This document shows, piece by piece, positions 14,131 through 25,300 of a DNA stretch of 64,000 nucleotides. The DNA comes from Octopus bimaculoides (lineage: Eukaryota), in contig NC_069006.1 in the NCBI RefSeq assembly GCF_001194135.2, forward strand, positions 18,734,163 to 18,798,162. Direction: 5' to 3'. Below the pieces are notes generated by a model. That model ran no database searches. It was given only the letters and a program-made list of their open reading frames with translations, and was not told the DNA's origin. A program made the translations under genes and the position numbers. The stretch's first letter is position 1; every line of letters begins with the position of its first letter.

Positions 14131-15941
14131 CTTTTGTGAGTGGAGGGGGCTTTGGAGGAGGTGACAAGGTGATGAAAATTTAGAGTGTGACAGAGAGGTA
14201 GAAATAGGTGTCTTATATAAAGTAAAGCTGGCTGGCCTAGTGGTTAGGGTATTGCACTCATGATTGCAAATTCATAGTTTCAATTCCCAGACCAGCCATA
14301 CATTTTGTTTTTGAGCAAAACACTTCATTTCACATTACTCCAGTCCACTCAGCAGTAAATGGGTGACCTTGGCAACAGATCTGGCATTCTATCCAGGGGA
14401 AATTCAATAGCTGCAACAATGTGAGGAGGTACAATGTGGCCAGGGGTGTGTAACAATGTCTGATAGTCTGGTCAAGATAGATAGACAGAGAGAGATAGAA
14501 AGGTATATATTCATATATTTATTAATGCTTACTGTTAGAATTATTGGTATCCTGAAAACTCAGGCTAAGGATTCAATAAATCCCAAATTCTGATTAAATG
14601 TAATTTCTTTGAGCACTTTTTCTTTCTTCTTCACTTTTAAACACAAGAATTCACCAATTCATATGTTTGTGCATGTGTGTGTATGTGTATATTAGTATAT
14701 ATAGTCAACAGATGAGATACAGAGATTCTCAGTATAGAAAACACTTAGTAGCACTCAAATGATTCAAACTTAGACTCCAATGTCTTTACGAGGGACCAAT
14801 TCTATGAGGTAAAGAGTGGCTATAAGTGGCATCCAGGTAAGCAGATACATTTGTATATATGTATATATTAGTATATATGTGTACCACATATCTTAAGTAA
14901 CCACACTATACACAGTATGTATGTAAGTATGTGTTTGTGCGTGCACGTATGTGTGTATTGAATTTCTTGCTGATACTAAATTCAAGATGGGTGTATGTTG
15001 ATAATTCCAGTAAGCCATATAATGCCAACTCTAATTTACTGTTTGTAGTCACAGACAAATGTAATCAGAAGCTTCAGCTAAAACCTTCTTCACTGTTTTG
15101 CAATGCAACAGTAACTAGAATAAGTTCTAAAGAAACATATTTCCTTTATCATGGTATAGTTCTATATTCTGTTTGCAGACCAACTCTGAGGAATCAAGTT
15201 TCAGCAACTGGTGGCAGTGGTTTTAGCGTGTGAATTCTTTGCTTTTGTATATATTGGCTTTTTAATGCTGAATGTCAGTGAGGGAAGAAGTGAGCCAATG
15301 CAAGGTGCTTCATATATGTGGTTGGTCGACATTGCTAGAAATAGCCCCCCCCCATTTCTCTAGGCCTACATCCTCTGTCATCATCAACACCATTATTGTT
15401 TAATGTCCATGTTCTATGCTGGCATGAGTTGGACAGTTTGACAAGGAACTGCAGGGTCCATGGATTACATCATGCTCTTGTGTCAGCTTTGGCATAGTTT
15501 GTGTGGCTGGATGCCTTTCTTAATGCCAACCACTTTGCATAGACTTCTGAGGACTTTTCTCATGCCACCAGCACTAGTGAGGTCACCATACAGCTTGCAA
15601 GCCTATAAAACCTAATGGGAGGGGCTTTATGTTAGCAGATGAGGGTTAAAATATAAAAGTGGTGTGACAGAGAAGATTCCTGTAGGGGAACCACATGTCT
15701 ACTCACATTTAAATAAGAAATTTTAAAAAATGGTTGGGTACCATTGGATAATGTAATAGTCTTTGGTCTATAAAAGATGAGATGATCATGGCTAGAATAA
15801 CTTTGAATTTTGTAGGCTTTTTGGTTAGGGCTGATGTTGGGCAATACAACAACAATGTCAGTTAATGGTGGTAGGGAGCCAACAAAAGGGTCTTGTTAGG
15901 TTCTTTGGCTTGTTATTTCTAGCAGGTGAAGCAACTACACA

Positions 15942-15977
<36 letters not shown>

Positions 15978-15994
15978 TATAAATATCTATATGA

Positions 15995-16026
<32 letters not shown>

Positions 16027-16155
16027 GAATGTATATATAACACACACACACATATATATACATATGTATATATATAAATGTACATACATAATATACATGT
16101 ATATATGTGTCTGTATATATGTTTATGTATATAGATGCATGTGTATATATATGTT

Positions 16156-16202
<47 letters not shown>

Positions 16203-17201
16203 GTATGGCTGCTCCACATCAAAAGAGGTTAGCTAGGCAATAATCTTCACTGAAGTATAAATGAAAACGTCCATTAAGTTACGAAAGAATCCTCCACAAA
16301 TAAACACTAAAAGAGAAAAAGTGTTTCAACAGTGTAATAAAGTTGTCATTGTAAAAACAAAGAAAAAAAACTAGAGACACAGGCTACAAAAAAAGTTACT
16401 ATTTAGAGTCACAGGAATGTTAGAATTATTCTGTAGACATCAGTTGAAACGGTAGAGAGTAAATGAGGAGAGAATATGTTATAGTAAATAAACACTGTCG
16501 AATGTTAGTTAAAAGAGACTTATTACTATGAAATGATAAAGAGGCCACAGTCAAGTTACCAGAATGATAAGAAATAGTGACAATATGTTAGATTAACACA
16601 AGAGTAAGAGATTATAAAGATGCTATAGAAAATATACTATAATAAGAGAAATATAGAAACTGATGTTAAAATATAGACACTAATGAGAAGGGGCAAAAGA
16701 GGTTTCTACAAATATAATTGTGTTAGTTATCATTGAAATATTACATAGGATGATCTAGTATAGATAGAGAACTAAGATAGGAAACTGGTCATCTGACATA
16801 ACATCTACCAAACTACTTGGGACAGGAACTAATCTTACCAATATTCTCTTTATCACCTTCACCAGATTTACTGGTTTCTGAATCCTTGTTCTTATTGACA
16901 TCGTCTGTAAAATCCCCTGATTTTTCAGTTCCCTCTTTTGGTGAGTCTGGAATTAAGATGTTGCTATGGTTACAGAAGCACAGTCTAACTAAACAAAATG
17001 GTGTACCTAGCAAGACTGAATATTGTGTAGAAATTTTTATGGCAACAGTTTGTGGTTTAACTAGATTAGACCTGTTAACTACAATGACTACTGTGTAGAT
17101 ATTTCCATGGTAACAGGTTGTAGTATAACCAGTCTTTGGATACTGATGACATACACACATGTACATATATATATGTACATACATATACATATATGTGTGC
17201 G

Positions 17202-17254
<53 letters not shown>

Positions 17255-19330
17255 GTGTGTATGTACAACGGTGAGGTATATAAGCGAAGATACTTATGTT
17301 AGAAAAATATCATGTACAAACAAATGGTAACAAAGATCTCAGTTAATATTATGTCATTGTCAAAACACAATAAAGAGAGAAATATTGACAATTATAAGGA
17401 ATGCATCATTTAGAGTAATGAGAATGTTGGTGTTTTTCATTAAACATCTGTTACTAACCTTTTGTTACCATATTTCTATTGAAATAAAACTGTCTTCATT
17501 TCAATTAATTTTGAAAACAATGAAGAATTTAATAAAATAACCTGGTTATTATTAATTAAGCTGCTGTTTGGAACATAAATTAATATGAAATTTTGATGGA
17601 AAGTTTGTTTCAGATCACTTTAAAATATGAAGTTTGTATCAAAGAAACAGAGCTGCTTTCAGGTGGGTTGGAATGAAAGGGATTAAAGACCAGAGGGTTA
17701 GAGTTGATGGAATATATGAATCTACCTTGGCAGCTGTCTATTTTATTAAAAGACAGCTTCTTAATGACGAAGATGCCACAATTAAATTGTTTAACTGATC
17801 AAAGATATCAACACTATGTTGTATTCATGCAGATTCTAAAATGTTACTATGGTTCTCTAGAAAATACACTACTATCAAAGAAATGTAGAGGTTGTTAAAA
17901 TGTAGACACTATTGAGTGTTTATGTTTCAATAAAGATTATTGTTATATATAATTGAAATATTAGATAGGAAGATTTCTTAAAGATAGACAGCTAAGACAG
18001 AAAGTGGGCTAACATAAGCTCTACCAAACTACTTGGGACAGGAACTAATTTTACCAATATTCTCTTTATTACCTTCAGTTTTACTATTTTCTGAACAATT
18101 TTTGTTCTTATTGCCACCATCTTCTGTAAAATTCCCTGATTTATCCATTCCTTCTTTTGGTGAGTCTGGAATTAAGACAGTTTTCATGATTACAGTTAAT
18201 AAGTCTAAGAAAATAATGTACCTAGTAGCAGTTGATATTGAGCAGATGCCTCAATGAAAACAGTTGATGGTCTAATCAAGTTAAACCGGTTTATTATGCT
18301 ATCTACTGCATAGATTTTCCTAGAGCAAAAGCTAATCCTTCAACCTGTCTATGGAAGGTGAAAAAAATGATAACAAGGAAGAATATGCTGAGATGAAGAT
18401 ATCCTATGATGTATGCAAATGAAGATGGCTCTTTGCAATTTACTGTATGCGTCAAAAAGAGCTATCCCCAAAACAGACAAAAGAAGAATTAAATTGATTA
18501 ATATAAATGCCATTATAACAACACAAGCAGAATAGAAATATTGTTGGTAGCTACAAGGAAGGTACAATTGGTACTATTTAAAGTAGCAAAGAATTTTGTG
18601 GAATTCATTCAAAGGATCAAATTATAGACATCAATTCAAAAGGAAGGGACTAATGGATACTAGTAAAAGTTATAGTAAATATAAACTATAAACTGTTTAC
18701 ATTTATTCTATAACCAAAGGATGATAAAGATGCCATAAACAAGAAACTAACATTATAAAAAATACAAACACTAGAGAGACACTAGAATACCTAAAGAGGT
18801 TATTAGAATGAAAGAAAGAGTGAAGATCTATAATAGATAAACATCTAAGATAGGGGAACTAGTGATCTGATACATCTACAAAACTAAAAGGGGCAGATTC
18901 TAGGTTCCAAGCTTACCAATATTCTCTTTATCACCTTCACCAGTTTTATTGTTTTCTGAACAATTTTTGTCCTTATTTACGTCGTCTTCAGTAGGATTCC
19001 CTGATTTTTCAGTTACTTCTAGTGGTGAGTCTGGAATTAAGATGTTGCTACAGTTACATTAGTAAAATCTAACTAAACATTATGATGTGCCTATTAAATG
19101 TGAATGTTGTGTAGATATATCTGTTGCAATCTAACAAGATCAGAACAGTTTACTATACTGTTGCCACCGATGTTGCTCTCATTCTTATTGCCATCAGTTT
19201 ATATTTTGGTCTTCAAGCTTGTTCAGGTTGGACTACTGTATATGTACTTCTTTGGCAAGTTGATCATATAGCTAATCATTTGAGGTGAATGATATTCATA
19301 CAGGTATAAATAAATATGTATGCGTGTGTG

Positions 19331-19362
<32 letters not shown>

Positions 19363-22300
19363 TATATAGATAAGGTCTCGTATAAGTAAAAAAAATACAT
19401 AAGGTTACAATGAATTGTACATATAAATCATAAAAGAGAGAGATTCAATACAATGTTAATGATACCACAGCAAAAACACAAAGAGAGGAGTATAGGCACT
19501 CAGCTATAAGGAATATACTATATATGGTAACAAGGATGGGGAAGAACTGCACTATAAAGATAAAAAGATAGACATAAGTAAAAAAAAAAGGCTAGAGTCA
19601 CTAAAAGATGGTAGAAAATCATCCAGGAAAAATACACTGCAGAACATTTTTTAAAAGGTTTTGTTTTTTTTTACTAAGGAATGATGTAGATGTCAGAGTG
19701 AAAACACAAGGAGAGAAATATAAACAATAATTACGAGGAAGGTACTATTTGGGGTGGACAAGAGTTTACTGAAATTCATTTCAATAATAAAAATATAGAT
19801 ATCAATTCAAAAGAGTAGAGACTAAATTTAAATGATTGCCGAAAATGCTTTAGTATAGTCAGGGTTGTCAAGTAAAAAGACAGCTACAGAGAAGTGATAA
19901 AGATGTCACAGTCAAGTAAATAGAATAAGAAAAAATATGAAAACATACAAGGAAATACCAAGATGCAATAGAAAATATGCTATAATCAAAGAAATGTGGA
20001 AATTGTTGAAATATAGATACTGTTGGGTGAAAAAGAAATGTTTCAGAAGTATTATTGTGTAACATATTAAAACATTATAAAGGGAAATCTAGTATAAACA
20101 GGCAACTATGATAGGGAACTGACAATCTGACAACAACACCTACAAAACTAATGCGAGCAGGTTCTAGGTTCCAATCTTACCAATTTTCTCTTTATCACTT
20201 TCACCAGATTTACTGGTTTCTGAACAATCCTTGTTCTTATTGACATCGTCTTCTATAGAATCCCCTGATTTCTCAGTTCCCTCTTTTGGTGAGTCTGGAA
20301 TTTAGATGTTGGCTATGGTTACAGAATCAAAGTCTAACTGAACAAAATGGTGTACCTAGCAAGATTGAATATTGTGTAGATATTTCTATGGCAACAGCTG
20401 GTGGTCTAACTAGATCAGACCTGTTAACTACACTGACTACTGTGTAGATATTTCTAAACAGCTTGTTGTCTAACCATTTTAGACTAGATAAATCTACTGA
20501 CAAGTGTGTAGATGATAGCATTTTCTTTGTGTGCAAAGATCATGAAGAGCAACATACCCTCAAGAGCTTATGTAAACTGATTACTGACACTGCAGGGCTT
20601 TTCTTCTTGTAGTTTTAAAATCTGAATCAAGCCATGCAATCTGATCTTACTCTTTAGATTTTGAGGTCTGATCACAGTCGCTCAGTGGGCTAAGACAACT
20701 GCAATAACCAGCAAGCTGTAGGTCTTAAATTTGAGTGGCTTTCTCCAAGGTGAACTGCCTTATAGGGCTGGAGAACTATTCAGGTGTTCCTGGAGGTGTG
20801 TCAAAGAGGGCACTGAACTACCTGAGAGATTCTACTTCTCAATTTGTTATTGGGGTTGACTCCCCAAGCTTTTGCCTTTCCTTACATGTGTAGATAATTC
20901 CATAAAAACAGTAGAGCTTCTAACCAGTCTTGAGAGACTGTTTATGATGATATTGCTGTCAGGGCGCATATACAGCAAAGTGGTCTATAAATGAAGACAT
21001 ACATTAAGTTACAATGAGTCATGTACAAACAAAAAAATGAGACAGATTCAATAGAATGTTAGAGATGCCACTGCAAAAACACAAGAAGGAGAGAAGTATA
21101 GGCACTTAGCTATAGGAAGGTACTATTTAGGGTAATAAGGATGGTGAAAAACTGCATTATAATGATAAAAATATAAATACCATTTAAGAAGGGCAGAGAA
21201 ACTAAAAGATGATAGAAAGTGTAAACGTGGTACAAGCTGTCGTTTTTTTTTCTTTGGTGCAGGTGTCAATGTGTAGAAAGAAGCTTGTTTCCTAACCATG
21301 TGGTGTTGGGTCCAATCCCACTGCATGGCACCTTGAGCAAATTTTTTCTATTACAGCCCCGGGTCAGCCAAAGCCTTGTGAGTGGATTTGATAGATGTAA
21401 ACTGAGAGAATCCCCCCCACCACCACCACCACTACTGCTTGACAACAAGTGTTGGTTTCTTTATGTCCTTCTGACTTAGCAATTCAGTAAAACAGAGACT
21501 GATCGAATAAGTATCAGGCTTAAAAATAAGCACTTGGGTCAATTCACTTGACTAAAACATTCAAGGTGGTGCCCCAGCATGACCAAAGACTGAAACAAAT
21601 AATAATAAAAGCCAGAAGATGGTGATAATGTAAAAGTTTTACTGTAAAATATACAGTAAAAATATACTGTAGAATGTTTAATGAAAGATTAGTTACTAAA
21701 GGATTATGTAAATGCTATTGTGAAAACTCAAGAAGGAAAGAAATATAGACACTAGTTACTAGGAAGGTACTACTTGGGGCTTACAAAGGTTTATTGAAAT
21801 TTATCAAAATTACAAGGGTAAAAATATAGACACCACTTCAAGAGAGTAGAGTCTAAATGATGGTAGAAAGTATCAGAGTAAAAACAGGCATACTTCATCA
21901 TGTCTTTTTCAACTTTATATCATTTCTTTTTAAGAAATAAACCTTAACTTCTCTAGATTTATCTGACTTTACATTAGTCTCAGTAAACATATTTAAAAGT
22001 AGAACTTGAAGCACAAATAAAGTTATAAATTACAGCATAAAAATTCTTTAGGACAGAAAAAGTTAAAGGCTACATGTGGGACTTAAAGCCACAGTAGATC
22101 TACAGGAGATGTAGGTTCAAATCTCACAGGCAGCCTTTGACTTTTTCTATCCAAGAAGGATTTTCAACTCAATATTTACATGCTATTATTTATAACTTTC
22201 TGTGTGCTTTGAGATGCACTATTTCCAAAAAAACAATTATTTCACATTCTCTCAAAAGTTTATAAATTCTTAAAGATTTCAACAACATACAGCTTTTGCT

Positions 22301-25300
22301 GGTAAGACTAAACTTTCTAAAATGTATAGAAAACCCCAAAGAACTGCTTTGGCCCAATGTTTGAAAAACCTGTCATGTTTACAGGAAATGACGGTTTGAG
22401 TCACATGAGCAGCCTTTAATGTCAACAATATTTAAAAGCATAAAAATAAAAGAAAGCATCTAAAAACCAATACTGAAGTGGAATAGCAAGGAAAGTACAT
22501 GTTAAAATATGTACAAACCCTTTATTAGAATAGTTTGTCATCATCATGAACATTTAACATGTGTTTTCTAGGCTGGCATGGGTTGGATGGTTTGACGGGA
22601 GCTGGCAAGCCGGAGAGCAGCACCAGGCTCCAGTTGTCTGTTTTTGCATGGTTTCTATGCCCTTCCTAATGCCAACCACTTTTCAGAGTGTACTGGATGC
22701 TTTGTACGTGGCACCAGCACAGAAGCTTTGTATGTGGCACCAACACAGGTGCTTTTTATGTGGCACTGGCAATAGATTTTTTTTTAATGATTGTTCATGT
22801 TATGTCATTTTTCCAAGTTGAGTTGCATATCTTGGAATCAATTATTGAAATAAGATGATGTATACCTGTACTTCAAAAGAAAGTTTATTGATGGTTTTGT
22901 TAAAAGATAGCAACCCAGTGACGATAAAGATGCCAAAGTCAAATCATCATAATAATAAAAAATATCAACACTATACTAAACACACAAAGATACTAAATTA
23001 TTATAAAGTGGAGAGTGTAATTACATAACAATGAAATAGAGGGTGAAGATCTATACTGGACAGAAAACTAAAATAGGAACTGACAATCTGACAAAACATC
23101 TAGCAAACTAATAGAGGGCAAAATCTAACCTTACCACTATTCTCTTTATCATTTTCACCAGTTTTACTGGTTTCTGAACAATTCTTGTTTTTATTAATGT
23201 CGTCTTCTGTAGAATCCCCTGATTTCTCAGTTACCTCTTGTTGTGGGTCTGAAATTATGATGGTTCCATAAATACAGTATCAAAATCTAACTAAACAAAA
23301 TCATGTTTCTAGTTTGATATTGATTATTATGTATATAAGTGCAGATATGGCTGCAAGATTAAGAAGATTGCCTTGCTATCATGTGGTTTTGGGTTCAGTT
23401 CCATGGCGTGGCATCTTGAGTAAATGACTTCTATTATAGCCCCAGGTTAACTAATGCCTTGTGAGTGAATTTGTTAGACAGAAACTATGTGGAAGCCCAG
23501 CATGTGTATGTAACTTTGTGTTGTGTTTGTCCCCACTCCACAAGTACTGGTATTGATTTGTTTGACTAAACTCTTCAAGGCAGTGCTCAAGCATGGCCAC
23601 AGTCCAAAGACTGAAACTAGTAAGAGATAAAAGATACATATTATACATGCTTATAAAGTTTTGTATATTTATAGTTAATATACTGAAGGCTTTGGTTCGC
23701 CTGGGGCTGTAGTAAAAGACACTTGCCCAAAATGACATGCAGTGGGACTGAAACCACAGCCTTGTGGTTAGGAAGTAAACTTCTTCTTACACAGTTTCAC
23801 TGTGTATATGTATATTAGATTACAAAGGACAAATGATAAACTGGCTTTCTCATTTGTCTTTTAAAGACCTGGCCAAGTCAGCAGGAAATGATGTAAGCTT
23901 TCTGATCCAGTTGTCATAGCCAGAGATTCAGGATATGAGGTTTGAAACCTTGATGGAGTAAGGCAGGACCTTGGTATGGTAATGTAGGATCTTGTTTGCT
24001 GGGAGAGGTTAGAGAGGTTTGTCCCAACTGGAGTTGTCAAATGATGATGTCAATGAGTTATACACAAACCAAAAGTATAAAGAGAATTTCATCAGAATGA
24101 TAAAGATATCATTGTGAAAACACAATAAAAGAGAGAAATATAGTCATTGGTACTAGGAAGGTATTATTTATGATAACAAAATTTGGTTGTGATTTATTAC
24201 AAGGATAAAAGATAGAGATGTCATTTAAAAAGTGATTAAAAGATGGAAGAAAACAGAATGGTAAATAGTCTACAAGAGGGTTATAAACATTAGATGTAAT
24301 AAGACTAGTACAGGATTTTAAATATGCCACAGACAAACGACTAGAACAATAAAAATAAACTATCAAAACTAGGTAAATATAGTCACTAAAATATTACTAA
24401 GATGCTATAGAAATTACACTATGAAAAAAGGATAGAAGGATTGTTAACATATAGACACACATGAGAGGAGAAAAAGAAGTTATATTAAATATTATTGGGT
24501 TAGATATCATTGAAATATTATAGAGGAAAATCTAGTACAGATAGAGAACTAAGACAGGGAACTGGTCATCTGACATAACATCTACCAAACTACTTGGGAC
24601 AGGAACTAATCTTACCAATATTCTCTTTATCACCTTCACCAGATTTACTGGTTTCTGAACAATCCTTGTTCTTATTGGCCTCATCTTCTGTAGAATCCCC
24701 TGATTTCTCAGTTCCCTCTTTTGGTGAGCCTGGAATTAAGATGTTGCTATGGTTACAGTACCAAAGTTTAACTAAAAAGTGAAAACAATGTATCCAGCAA
24801 CTTTGTTTCTCAGGTATCTGTATAGTAAAAGATGGCAGTCTAACTAGATAAGACAAGCTCATTAAGTTGACAACTGTGTAGATATTGCCATGGTAACAGC
24901 TGATGCTCTTATCAAACAAGTGTGTGTGCATGCATGTGTAAGTTGTGTAAGCTCGCATGTCATAAGGTATACCACTCAAAGGGTTTGCACGATGTGTGTG
25001 GGTGGAAAACTGGTTTAACTCTTTAGCATTTAAACCAGTCATATCTAACCCAAATATTCTACCTGTTTCATGTTTAAATTGGTCAGATCTAGCATCTCAC
25101 AACTACCCAACAATGTCATTCTAAAAATAAACAATCACATTACTGAAACCTCAAAGCTACAAGATAATGCATGATCTATTCAAAACAATATGAATAAATA
25201 AGCCTTTTATTAGACAGAGTAATCTGAATGCTAATGGATTAATGGAGTACATTTCTTTTTATGCTGCACTTGTGTCAACAATTCAATTGAGTCTTTCCAT

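Larger units (their letters stand above)
16300..24900 (-). repeat. Tandem segmental duplication of six exon-plus-intron units (about 0.9-3 kb each)
   Basis: Intronic blocks recur in each unit, e.g. 'tgtgtagatattt(c/g)catgg(t/c)aacag', 'ttgtgaaaacacaa..gagagaaatata', 'ggaaggtacta', 'gaactg(g/a)..atctgaca..acatctac'. Confidence 0.9.

Noticed and set aside
16300-24900. CRISPR-like or viral repeat interpretation of the repeated units
   Set aside because: Units are kilobase-scale eukaryotic exon-intron duplications with no constant-length spacers or cas genes.
16813-25042. Long ORFs 16813..17268(-), 24590..25042(-) and the antisense [11 protein letters not shown] ORFs read as separate duplicated genes or secreted peptides
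   Set aside because: Similarity and frame are kept only between the AG and GT borders. The extensions run into intron or microsatellite sequence, and the + ORFs are antisense shadows.
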